IMG/VR virus record: IMGVR_UViG_3300012665_000357
Coordinates: 1-62,405 of that record
Origin: a virus
Lineage: Duplodnaviria; Caudoviricetes
DNA: 62,405 nucleotides
Reading direction: 5' to 3' (one strand)
The notes beneath the pieces were generated by a model, which saw nothing but the letters and a program-made list of their open reading frames with translations, did no database searches and was not told the origin of the DNA. Position numbers and translations under genes: made by a program. Below are positions 27,096-36,234 of this stretch, in pieces (the first letter of the stretch is position 1; each line of letters opens with the position of its first letter).

Positions 27096-27924
27096 TTGCT
27101 TGTTCCAATTTAGTTATAATGTCGTCTGTTAAAAACTCATCTTCAGTATAGTGGAAAACTCCAGTTTGTAAACAATTAGAAATTGTTAACTGTAAATTAC
27201 TATTAAAGGTTATAGTAGTATTATTAGTCCATTTATCTGGCACATGACTCCATTTTTGTAATGCTGGTTTCATATGTGTAAAACTAGGCGACAATGCGTC
27301 TACTGTACATTCTGATTCAGAATCTAATATCTTAACTGCAATAGCAGAAGATACATCCATACTACAAAATCCTTGATTTTTAACAGGTGCATACTTATTA
27401 TAACATAATTTCCAATTTTTAACAACCAGTTCTAACCATTTATAAAATTCAAATGCTTTTTTAGTTTTTTTAAAATAGTGTAACCCAAAATAAATGTTAG
27501 GTAGCTCGTTAGATGTAAACATTTTTCTATAATGATCGTCTGTTATAGTATTTCCACGATAATCAATAACTGAACTAGTAAACATTAAGTCAGTTTTTTC
27601 TAAAAAATCCCACCAATGATCATTAGACGTTAGTACTAACATATCGGTATCATAGACAATGTTGTGTTTAAAGGGAGTAACATAAATTAACTTCCATCGA
27701 TTTTCAATTTTCCATACACTATCTTTGGCAGAATCATTCCACGGAATCTTAACTATGTGATCAAATGCATTGTTGTACTCGAACGGCACTTCATCGTTAG
27801 TAACTATGCAAGTTTGATTATGTTGATTGTTAGCTTTAATAGATAAAGCAAGTGCATAGGCTTGACGAACATAATTAATATCTCCGTTTTGAGCTAAAAA
27901 TAGATGGCCCCTGTCTAATGTCAT
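27088..27924 (-). CDS. glycosyltransferase-like protein (GT-A, GT8/mannosyltransferase-like)
   Basis: G.L..AQN...YV..A..LA.SIK, TPF..IVYDTDML (DxD), FTHMK, FHY. Confidence 0.72.
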   Translation of the reverse strand: MTLDRGHLFLAQNGDINYVRQAYALALSIKANNQHNQTCIVTNDEVPFEYNNAFDHIVKIPWNDSAKDSVWKIENRWKLIYVTPFKHNIVYDTDMLVLTSNDHWWDFLEKTDLMFTSSVIDYRGNTITDDHYRKMFTSNELPNIYFGLHYFKKTKKAFEFYKWLELVVKNWKLCYNKYAPVKNQGFCSMDVSSAIAVKILDSESECTVDALSPSFTHMKPALQKWSHVPDKWTNNTTITFNSNLQLTISNCLQTGVFHYTEDEFLTDDIITKLEQANV

Positions 27925-28754
27925 AGCACCCTCATTATACTTTGTTTATTCATAATGTGTACATCTATGTTATCTGTTTTTAACAATGTATATTCCCCTA
28001 ATGCATTTTGTTTTTCTATTAAAAATGTGCAGGCATTGTTTTGATGTTTAAACAATAGGTCTCGGTCAAGTGTAAAATACATGTTTCCGGGAACAGTTCC
28101 TATAAACTTTTCACAAGAGTATCCATTTAAAATATGTATAGCAATACTAAAAGCAAAATCATTTCGATACGTAGGTGTATCAATGTCATAAAGAACTCTA
28201 TAATAGTTCCAATTATTTTTTACAAATGCAATTAATTCAAAAAATAATTTTGAATAAGTTGTTTTTTTAAAATAAAAAACTGTTGCCCAATAGAATGGGA
28301 TAGAAGTGTTACTGATATAAGTAAATTCAGACGACTTTCTCCAACCTGATAAGTCTACTGCTTCTTTAAATAACGCAATTTCTTGATCTAATTTAAAAAG
28401 ATTCAATAAGTAGTCGCTGTTTAAAATATAGTCAACATCAATAACTAGTGTTTCGTCGTAAGGAGTTAACTCATACACATTAGATCTTGTAGAATTTTTC
28501 CAAGGAACTAATTCATAGTGTAACGACCCGTCATAAAATCTTTTTTTCTGTGTAGTATTGTCTAAACTTGAAATTATGTTGTCAAATAGTGCAACATCGT
28601 CTGGGTAAGTTTTATTAAGCCAGTCCGAACTATCAGTAACCAATGTTACTGGTAAGTTTAAATGCTCTTTAATTAGTTTTGTTGATTTGATTGCTAAACC
28701 AACGTAGTCAACAAGTGCATTATTATACGCAAATAATACTACACCTTTAGTCAT
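27921..28754 (-). CDS. glycosyltransferase-like protein, paralog of 27088..27924
   Basis: GVVLFAYNN..DY..LA, LPVTLVTD, TPYDETLVIDVD (DxD), RNDFAFSIA, HIMNK. Confidence 0.72.
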   Translation of the reverse strand: MTKGVVLFAYNNALVDYVGLAIKSTKLIKEHLNLPVTLVTDSSDWLNKTYPDDVALFDNIISSLDNTTQKKRFYDGSLHYELVPWKNSTRSNVYELTPYDETLVIDVDYILNSDYLLNLFKLDQEIALFKEAVDLSGWRKSSEFTYISNTSIPFYWATVFYFKKTTYSKLFFELIAFVKNNWNYYRVLYDIDTPTYRNDFAFSIAIHILNGYSCEKFIGTVPGNMYFTLDRDLLFKHQNNACTFLIEKQNALGEYTLLKTDNIDVHIMNKQSIMRVL

Positions 28755-29101
28755 AGATCAAGAATACTTGCGATATTTCTACTTTTCTTAACAGCTTCAT
28801 ACTTGGTGTAGTACGTGTTAGCTGCCTGAGTGTATAGATCAAGAAGATTTTCTAAAAAAGTCTTCAAGTTGTCTATGTTAATGGGCAAATTGTTGTCATC
28901 AACTATGACAACATTCTCAATATACTCCATAGTAACTAGTGACTGCACAAACGAAACAGTTTCTCTAGTAACTTTAAATGTACCACCATTATAAAAATAG
29001 AACAAGTTTTGTTCGTATTCTTCTTTCAATGCACGTTTTTGATTAGCTAACGTTGTCATTAGGTTAGCAGTTTCAAGGGCTTTTTCTAAAATTGGATCCA
29101 A
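28751..29101 (-). CDS. hypothetical protein, first gene of the rSAM/GT operon
   Basis: TTG start with AAGGAG SD (29107-29112); weak resemblance to tail-fibre-associated small proteins. Confidence 0.75.
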   Translation of the reverse strand: MDPILEKALETANLMTTLANQKRALKEEYEQNLFYFYNGGTFKVTRETVSFVQSLVTMEYIENVVIVDDNNLPINIDNLKTFLENLLDLYTQAANTYYTKYEAVKKSRNIASILDL

Positions 29102-29106
29102 GACGA

Positions 29107-29138
29107 CTCCTTAACTACAATTATGTATTGTAGTTATC
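29107..29138 (-). promoter_or_regulatory. putative late promoter (GATAACTA) plus 10-bp hairpin abutting the SD
   Basis: Minus strand reads GATAACTACAAT-ACATA-ATTGTAGTTA-AGGAG; arms at 29112-29121 and 29127-29136. Confidence 0.55.
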
Positions 29139-29157
29139 TTTTTAAAAAAAGAAGAAG

Positions 29158-30063
29158 TTACATTCCGGTAGAATTACCGGTTGGACCTGTAACAGAGACG
29201 TTTGACCCTTGAGGGCGAAACTGCTGTGCTGTGCTAGTTAATATACCAGGAACTGGTTCGTCAATGCCACCGCTTGCATCGTCTTTAAATTGAATTGTAA
29301 AGGTAATTGTAGTTGGACTAGATACCGAATCAACTCTTGCATTAATGACATAAGAATTCAAACTGTAAGAACCGCCAGGTGCTGGTTTATTATACACTTG
29401 TTGGTCACTAGTTGTTAGGTCATAAAATCCAATTGCTGTTCCTGTTCCGGGCGAAACAGCTCCAGATACTGTTCCCGTCGATGTTTGGTTTAGAAAAATA
29501 GTACCCATATCACTTAACATGTTAGTCCAAGTTGTAATTTTAGAAGAACTACCGGGATAACTACTGTCAGGATCCGAAGGATTATTTGCTCTACTAGCAG
29601 ACATTCTTATTTGGCCACCAGCATTAAAGAAATATCTTGCCTGTAATGCTGACGCAAAAGTCACTGTCACTGTATTTGTTACTGTACCGCTCCAGGTAGT
29701 AGTACGCTGTCTTGAAGCAACTGGTTCAACTCCGCCTTCTAATGTGCCTATGTTAAAAGAGTTTGATGCTGCTGTAGCAGTTACACTTGCATACTGTGCC
29801 CGTGTTGCTTCAGAAATAACTAAAGTGTTAACAGGAACTGTTAAACTAGCACTTTCATTATTACCAGTTTGATGTTGCCTAGCTTTTAAAATATCAGTTC
29901 TTAAATTATTCCACTGTGTAACACTCATGACACTTGCTTGTGTCACCTGTGAGCTAGCAAGTGCTTGTCCGTACCCCGTTGCACTAGTACCCATAACTAG
30001 ATCAATTGCAGATTGAATACTATTATAGTCTGCCGCGGTAATTAATGTTCCTACGCCTGCCAT
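29158..30063 (-). CDS. virion structural protein (tail/baseplate associated)
   Basis: S/T/G-rich beta-type composition; ARYFFNAGGQIR motif; last gene of the structural block. Confidence 0.7.
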   Translation of the reverse strand: MAGVGTLITAADYNSIQSAIDLVMGTSATGYGQALASSQVTQASVMSVTQWNNLRTDILKARQHQTGNNESASLTVPVNTLVISEATRAQYASVTATAASNSFNIGTLEGGVEPVASRQRTTTWSGTVTNTVTVTFASALQARYFFNAGGQIRMSASRANNPSDPDSSYPGSSSKITTWTNMLSDMGTIFLNQTSTGTVSGAVSPGTGTAIGFYDLTTSDQQVYNKPAPGGSYSLNSYVINARVDSVSSPTTITFTIQFKDDASGGIDEPVPGILTSTAQQFRPQGSNVSVTGPTGNSTGM

Positions 30064-30072
30064 GCTATTTCC

Positions 30073-31602
30073 TTAGATGATGATTGCTTCTACTAATTTA
30101 GTATTAACATCGTTGTTTGATTCTAATGCAATTGCAAAAGCGTCTGTATTATTACCAAATGCTGCTTGAGCAGTGCCGTTTGCGCCTGCAATTAATTTTT
30201 GTCCTTTAAGAACTGAGCCAGTAACTTTAACTGGAACACGCCCTTTAAGTGCAATGTAGGTGCCGCCTTCTAATTCGCTATTCATCATGTAAGCTGGTTT
30301 ACCAGAAACTGGTCCAACTGCACGGAAGCCTGGCTGGCATGGTGTAACTTCTTTGTCGCCGCCAACCATTAATACTGTGCCAATTTCATATTCTGCATCA
30401 GCAAGATATTTTTCTGCCAAGTCAGCGTACTGTGCTGCTGTTGCTGTACCAACAAAGTAAGTTGCTTTTAATGCTCCGCCACCGTAGGTTGGTTCTGCTG
30501 AATCTGTTCTAATAGCAACTGTATTATTTCCAGAAGCAACACTGGCTGTTCTATAACTGCCGGCTACATTTAAACTGTCAGCTTGCGTTGCAGTGCCTTC
30601 AAATGAGGTAGCATAGACTGTCTTAAATTTAGCGTTTGCTGCACCTAGATAAATTTTATCATTATCGGCTGTTGCAGGTTTAACATAACCAAAATTAGAA
30701 GTTGCGCTAATGTTTAAAGGATAAAATGTTGTACTGCCGTCTGTTACTTTAAAACTAATTACACCGTTTGGTAATTGATTTGCAAGCGTAGGAGTCGTCC
30801 CGCTAACAACACTAAATCTAATATCGGCGTCATTGCCCATAACAAACCCAGAATCATCAAATGTTACGCCGCCTGAGAAAGCAGAACTACCAGCCCTAAT
30901 GTACGACGATGATGGATAAAAAACTCCACCATCTACCATACCGTTTGAAGCTTTAACTGTTCCCCATATGCTGTAATCTGATGCAGAAATACCGGCAGTA
31001 GTTGTATAAGCTAATGTTATACCTTTCTTAATAACATACGGAGAATTAAATCCGTCAATGCTGTTTAATGTTGAATTAAGAGTAAATGTATCATCATTTG
31101 AAATAATATAAATTGTTGCATCGTCTACTATAGCTTCAATAATTGCATGCGAGTTACCTAGTATATCTTTTACACTGCGTGAACGCATCTGAGTAGTACC
31201 TTGGCCAGATACTCCTTGTGGACCAACTAAGATAAATTCATTATCTGCAGTATTCCAAACATAAAGTTGGTTATTGATATTATCAAACCAAAAATCGCCA
31301 GTGGCTAGTCCGGTTGGGGAACTAGCACTTACTTCGGCACCACCTGTGGTTTTCCACTGTGATCCGTTGTAAAATTTTAACTTTTTTAGTCCGGAATCGT
31401 ACCAAATCTGACCACTAATAGGGCGGGGAGGTTGTCCTAGTCCTGAAAAGTTTTCTAGGAGATGTACAAAATTCTCATTTTGAAGTTCTCCGTATCCGGC
31501 ATAATTTTTGCCAACTAGTTTAATGTCTAGTTGACTGTTAACTGTCCCGTCTTCTACGGTGATAGTTGTTGTTTCGCTATATCTATTAATGCTATACGGC
31601 AT
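30073..31602 (-). CDS. tail fibre-like protein with C-terminal autocleaving chaperone-like domain
   Basis: Shared N-terminal GKNY.GYGE..NENF.HLLENF domain; C-terminal YADLAEKY...ALKGRVPVKV resembles Peptidase_G2-type intramolecular chaperones. Confidence 0.7.
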   Translation of the reverse strand: MPYSINRYSETTTITVEDGTVNSQLDIKLVGKNYAGYGELQNENFVHLLENFSGLGQPPRPISGQIWYDSGLKKLKFYNGSQWKTTGGAEVSASSPTGLATGDFWFDNINNQLYVWNTADNEFILVGPQGVSGQGTTQMRSRSVKDILGNSHAIIEAIVDDATIYIISNDDTFTLNSTLNSIDGFNSPYVIKKGITLAYTTTAGISASDYSIWGTVKASNGMVDGGVFYPSSSYIRAGSSAFSGGVTFDDSGFVMGNDADIRFSVVSGTTPTLANQLPNGVISFKVTDGSTTFYPLNISATSNFGYVKPATADNDKIYLGAANAKFKTVYATSFEGTATQADSLNVAGSYRTASVASGNNTVAIRTDSAEPTYGGGALKATYFVGTATAAQYADLAEKYLADAEYEIGTVLMVGGDKEVTPCQPGFRAVGPVSGKPAYMMNSELEGGTYIALKGRVPVKVTGSVLKGQKLIAGANGTAQAAFGNNTDAFAIALESNNDVNTKLVEAIII

Positions 31603-31622
31603 CGTTAACCCCTTAACTTAAG

Positions 31623-31630
31623 TATTTATC
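31623..31630 (-). promoter_or_regulatory. putative late promoter GATAAATA
   Basis: Plus-strand TATTTATC about 20 nt upstream of the 31602 start. Confidence 0.6.
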
Positions 31631-31631
31631 G

Positions 31632-33440
31632 TTATACACTACTTACCAAATCTGTGTCAAAAGCCCAAACAGGCCCAGCATTTACTATAAATCTTTTTAA
31701 AGATCTTGTAACTGTTACTGTCCCGTTACCAGCATTAATAGTGCCAACACTAAAATCTTGTAACACGCTTTGATTTTCAGTTCCGCCTGCTTTGTCCACA
31801 GCTACATAACTTTTAGAAATTGTACCACTATAATTAATAGCCGAGTACGCAACTACTTGTTGTGTGCAATGTACATACGCATAGGTTCCGACGTCAAAAT
31901 TGCCAGCTATGGCAATATCCCCTAATACCAATGCTATTTGGCTATTAGTTAATCCTGTAATATCTAGACTTAGACCAATTGATCTTCCGTTTACTAACGA
32001 ATCTACGTATGTTTTAGTAGTTGCATCAGTTCCGGTTGTCGGTGTTGCTAGATTTGTAATCCGTTTAGAACTCACATTAACTGTGCCAGTTCCTTGTGGT
32101 TCTAAAGTTATACTTCCATTACTATTTGGGTTTGCTAATTTGCTACCGGTAACTGCTAAATTAGCTACATTTAAAGATATTAGTGTTCCTACACTAGTTA
32201 AATTAGATGTAGTTACCGACGAGCCCAATGTTGTGCTATTTAATACAGAGACATTATTAATTTTATACGACTTACCGGCAGCAATATTCCAATGTTCAGT
32301 AGTATTAAAATTAGTTGTTGATTCTTGCCATAAAACACTGTGATCAGTAGTACCCTTAACTATAAAGCCGCCGCCGTCAGCATATCCGTCACTAACTGTA
32401 CTATCACTAGGTTTTGCTAATTCGATTACCTTATCTGCAATAGTTAAATTTACAGTATCTACTGTAGTTGCTGCTCCTTCAACTAACAAGCTACCTGTAA
32501 TTCTTACATCACCGGTAACATCAAGATTATATTCTGGACTTCCGTTAAAAATTCCTACTCTTTCAGTTATTGCTTTAACTGTAATAGCATCACGTATTCC
32601 TAAACTATTTTTTATTTTAAACTTAAAATCTTGTCCCGAGGTATTACTTACCATCTCAGCAGATGTATTGTTAACTCTAAATTCTGTATTTTGTGCTGGA
32701 CCAATAACTAACGGTGTTGTGTTTTGTATAGTAACAGTTCCTATTGTATTAGTATTGGTTTCTGTGCTCATAAAACTTGTTGTAGTTTTGATGGCGCCTG
32801 ACGGACTGACTAGAGCATCTGCCTTAGTTGCAGTGCCGTGCCATTTTAAACTTGATACATTTGCTGTATTAAATCCAACACTAATATTTCCTGTAAACAA
32901 CGAAGCATCTAACCCCACGGGAGTAAATGCTGTTTTACTAAAAATTCCTAACAATGTGTCTGCACAATACAAATTAACTACTGTATGTATAACACCGTTT
33001 GTATCTGTTAAAGACGAAACAATTTGGCCAGACATTCCCTGTATAAAAGAGTATGCTGGTCCAGCGAGTATACGAGTAGTAGTATCAACATAAAAATACA
33101 TTTGTTGATTTGTACTGTCAATCCATAAGTCGCCTTGTACAGGATTAGTCGGGGGAGATGTTGAAACTACAGGACCACCTGCAACTCTAAATCCGCTGCC
33201 GTCATATACTTTTAATCTATTCTCACTGCTGTCAAACCAAATTTGTCCAGAAATAGGATTGTTAGGCGCAGATGTTGCAGAAAAGTTTTCTAAAAGTTTA
33301 ACAAAATTTTCATTTAGGTATTCGCCGTAGTTGGAGACATTTTTAGCAACTAATGTCAAATCGGTCGCTGTTTGGTCAATTGTTCCATCTAGTAAATCAA
33401 TTAGTAATGTGCCGTCAGTTTTATTAATCGAATATGACAT
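31632..33440 (-). CDS. tail fibre-like protein
   Basis: Same N-terminal NENFVKLLENF...GQIWFD domain; T/G/S/V-rich; RITNLATPT...DATTKTYVD fibre motif. Confidence 0.75.
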   Translation of the reverse strand: MSYSINKTDGTLLIDLLDGTIDQTATDLTLVAKNVSNYGEYLNENFVKLLENFSATSAPNNPISGQIWFDSSENRLKVYDGSGFRVAGGPVVSTSPPTNPVQGDLWIDSTNQQMYFYVDTTTRILAGPAYSFIQGMSGQIVSSLTDTNGVIHTVVNLYCADTLLGIFSKTAFTPVGLDASLFTGNISVGFNTANVSSLKWHGTATKADALVSPSGAIKTTTSFMSTETNTNTIGTVTIQNTTPLVIGPAQNTEFRVNNTSAEMVSNTSGQDFKFKIKNSLGIRDAITVKAITERVGIFNGSPEYNLDVTGDVRITGSLLVEGAATTVDTVNLTIADKVIELAKPSDSTVSDGYADGGGFIVKGTTDHSVLWQESTTNFNTTEHWNIAAGKSYKINNVSVLNSTTLGSSVTTSNLTSVGTLISLNVANLAVTGSKLANPNSNGSITLEPQGTGTVNVSSKRITNLATPTTGTDATTKTYVDSLVNGRSIGLSLDITGLTNSQIALVLGDIAIAGNFDVGTYAYVHCTQQVVAYSAINYSGTISKSYVAVDKAGGTENQSVLQDFSVGTINAGNGTVTVTRSLKRFIVNAGPVWAFDTDLVSSV

Positions 33441-35561
33441 TTAGATGCTACCTGTAAATATAATATAGTTTATTGTTAAGTAAGGATTCATTACGTTAAC
33501 AGGAGTGCTTAGTGAAATAGTTCCACCTAGTGTATCTACCCCGCCACTGTTAGGCAAATATTGCCCAGTATCAGTAACGCTTGGACCAAGGCCAGTATGC
33601 GGTACTGCATCACCGTCTGGGATTGGGGAACCTGCACCAAATGCCACATTACGCATTGCATAGTATTGGCTTCCGGCACTTCCTTGCATATCATGTGTGT
33701 GATCTGGTAAGTTAGCAGTTGATAATGTTTTTTCTTCTGAGCCAGAATTTAATCCTACAGTGTCTGCCGTCACATCTGTCACTCTATCAGCCGGGCCACC
33801 GCCAGCATCAATACTAGCACCTAAAGGAGTAGTAACAAAGTTACCGTTATCCATGTTGTCTCTACCAAGTGCAAATCTTCCTCTTAAGTCAGGCAATGCA
33901 AATGTGCCGCTTCCTTGTAACAAACTTATATCTTTATAAGTATACTGCAATACTGCAAACAAATCAGGATATAACGCAATACGTTGCTCACTGCCGTCAC
34001 ATAGCAAGTATCCTGGAGGCAATGTAATTCCTGCAAACGGAAAAACTGCACCTGCAGGCACTGTAGGAATATTTGAAACAAATGTACTCTTAGAAGTTTT
34101 TCTTAAACCCCCTAAGCTAGGACGATAGACTAGCAACACATCAGTTGCTTCAGAATTAGTAATTTCTGTTTTTGTATCAATAAAGTCAGGACTAATAGTT
34201 GACGCAAATGTAGCAAATCCGCTACCGCTTTGTCCGTCAAAGCTAATTGCATTGCTAGCTACATCTCCGGTAATTTGGAACGTTGTAGCACTAGCTAATT
34301 TCGAAGCTGAGCCAGAAATATTGCCAGTCAATGCTCCTACAAAACTACCAGTAAATGTTGTGCTGATTACTTCATCAGCATAAATCTTTCTCCATGCAAC
34401 TCCGCCAGATAATGGATTACTTCCTAAATTATATGTATTGTTAGCTGCTGGTAAAATATCGTTTGTAGTTAACGTGCCGTTTATATTGGCACCTGTTCCA
34501 ACATGCAGAGTTTTAGTAATGCTTACTCCGCCTGCTGTTTTTAAACTGCCTGTAACTAAATCAGTAGCATCGCTTGTGCCAGTTATAACAACAGAATCAT
34601 TAGTTTTAATTTTTCCGTTAACATCTAAACTTTCTTCTGGATTAGTTTTATTAATACCAACATTAGTACTGCTGTCAACTCTAATAACTGTTGAAGCTAC
34701 TCCAGCATTGTTAACCCTAATATCAATATTTGAACCACTGGTCTTATGATAAAGTACTGCAGCACCTAAAGAGTTAGTTAACGATGTTGCTAGATCAGCA
34801 CCGACCGAAATGCCCGAATCATTACGAATGTTAATTCCAAAGTTGGAATTACTTGTAGTATCACTTCTTAAAAAATTAGCTGCTGCCACTGTAGTTGTTC
34901 CAACTACTAGTGCATTAGATTTTTCTGCTGTGCCCCATAATTTATTCGGAGCACTATTACTGTTAAAATCTCTTGATGATATGTTGATGCCTTGATTTAT
35001 TACTTCAAACCCACTATAAGTTATCTTTGGAATAAATGCATCTTTGCTTATAATTGCAACACGTTCATCTGACGAAAAGAAAGAAATAACATTATGCTCA
35101 ATGTTACTAGTATCTGTAATTATTTCTGACTCAGGACCTGTTCGTAATCCTGCACTAAATTGCGGACCTACTACAATCCAAGTTGATCCTGTAAATAAAT
35201 TTAATTGCTGAGTATCTGTATTAACCCACAAGTCACCTTGTTGCGGAGTAGTAGGCTGCGCTGCGCTCTTTTTAATACCGCCGGCTGGTACAAATACTCC
35301 AGTAGCATCAGCCACTTTAAGTTGATTAACTCCGGGGGTTGTATCATACCATAGCTGTCCTTCAACTGGATTATCTGGCTGATTAGGTCCTGCAAAATTC
35401 TCTAACAAGTGTAGGAAATTTTCAGCAACATATGCTGCATAACCTTGATAGTTTTTTCCTACAAATGTAACGCCTAGTCGTTGATCTACTGTAGAATCCC
35501 CAACATCAATATCTTGTTTTAAGACATTACCTTCTTCTGTGTATTTTACGGTATACGGCAT
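33441..35561 (-). CDS. tail fibre/baseplate protein with phage tail-collar domain (T4 gp10/gp12-like)
   Basis: PAGAVFPFAG..PPGYLLCDGS..FALPDLRGRF collar; LPDHTH metal motif; NPYLTINYII. Confidence 0.85.
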   Translation of the reverse strand: MPYTVKYTEEGNVLKQDIDVGDSTVDQRLGVTFVGKNYQGYAAYVAENFLHLLENFAGPNQPDNPVEGQLWYDTTPGVNQLKVADATGVFVPAGGIKKSAAQPTTPQQGDLWVNTDTQQLNLFTGSTWIVVGPQFSAGLRTGPESEIITDTSNIEHNVISFFSSDERVAIISKDAFIPKITYSGFEVINQGINISSRDFNSNSAPNKLWGTAEKSNALVVGTTTVAAANFLRSDTTSNSNFGINIRNDSGISVGADLATSLTNSLGAAVLYHKTSGSNIDIRVNNAGVASTVIRVDSSTNVGINKTNPEESLDVNGKIKTNDSVVITGTSDATDLVTGSLKTAGGVSITKTLHVGTGANINGTLTTNDILPAANNTYNLGSNPLSGGVAWRKIYADEVISTTFTGSFVGALTGNISGSASKLASATTFQITGDVASNAISFDGQSGSGFATFASTISPDFIDTKTEITNSEATDVLLVYRPSLGGLRKTSKSTFVSNIPTVPAGAVFPFAGITLPPGYLLCDGSEQRIALYPDLFAVLQYTYKDISLLQGSGTFALPDLRGRFALGRDNMDNGNFVTTPLGASIDAGGGPADRVTDVTADTVGLNSGSEEKTLSTANLPDHTHDMQGSAGSQYYAMRNVAFGAGSPIPDGDAVPHTGLGPSVTDTGQYLPNSGGVDTLGGTISLSTPVNVMNPYLTINYIIFTGSI

Positions 35562-35563
35562 TC

Positions 35564-36172
35564 TTAGATCTCACTTAAACCAGTTAAACTTTGTATCCTT
35601 ACAGTATAATCAATTTGAATTAATCTGTTAAGGGACTTTTGTACAGGGTGGAAAATAACATGAGTCAACAATCTTCCCTCACCCGATGGGCTATAGGCTT
35701 TAAGCCCTAGTTCGTCAAAAACATAGTTGCTTTGATTGTCTGTAGTATTGTCAAATGCTTCTTGGCCAGCTGGCTCGCCGTAATCTAGTAAGCAAGTTAT
35801 AAACACATCTGTGTAATTTGTACCGGTGACATGTCTAGTTTCAATTTTGTTTCTTACAGGATCGACGTTAGTTACAGAATTATCATCAACTACTTTTACA
35901 TAAGTTTCGTTATACAAGCTGGCACTAGTACCAGTTGAGTTAGGAGTCAAATATGTAATAATGCCTGTAGGATCAACAGTGGTGCCGCCATTACCAAATG
36001 ACATACTGTAAATAAATCCCTGTCCAGCATTAGCAATGCTTTCAGCAAGACTTATACTCATATTTTCGTAATGAATTGCGTTACGCTTATTAATATATAC
36101 TTCCCCAGATGCTGGGTCATGTATTTTAATATGTCCTTCTACGTGGATTCCTGATAGATCTTTGCTCTGCAT
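35564..36172 (-). CDS. virion structural protein (baseplate-associated)
   Basis: Position between the giant wedge protein and the fibres; FDELGL..LLTHVIFHPVQKS; preceded by a TGATAAATA motif. Confidence 0.65.
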   Translation of the reverse strand: MQSKDLSGIHVEGHIKIHDPASGEVYINKRNAIHYENMSISLAESIANAGQGFIYSMSFGNGGTTVDPTGIITYLTPNSTGTSASLYNETYVKVVDDNSVTNVDPVRNKIETRHVTGTNYTDVFITCLLDYGEPAGQEAFDNTTDNQSNYVFDELGLKAYSPSGEGRLLTHVIFHPVQKSLNRLIQIDYTVRIQSLTGLSEI

Positions 36173-36191
36173 AGGTGCTCTCTTTATTGTG

Positions 36192-36199
36192 TATTTATC
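36192..36199 (-). promoter_or_regulatory. putative late promoter GATAAATA
   Basis: Plus-strand TATTTATC 20 nt upstream of 36172; overlaps an imperfect inverted repeat at 36196-36217. Confidence 0.6.
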
Positions 36200-36234
36200 A
36201 GGTATAATTATCTGATAGTTTTATACATTTTGGC

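Noticed and set aside
29137-29157. T/A tract TCTTTTTAAAAAAAGA as an intrinsic terminator after the structural block
   Set aside because: On the coding (minus) strand the U-runs precede rather than follow the AU-rich hairpin, and there is no GC-rich stem; it fits a promoter/leader element better
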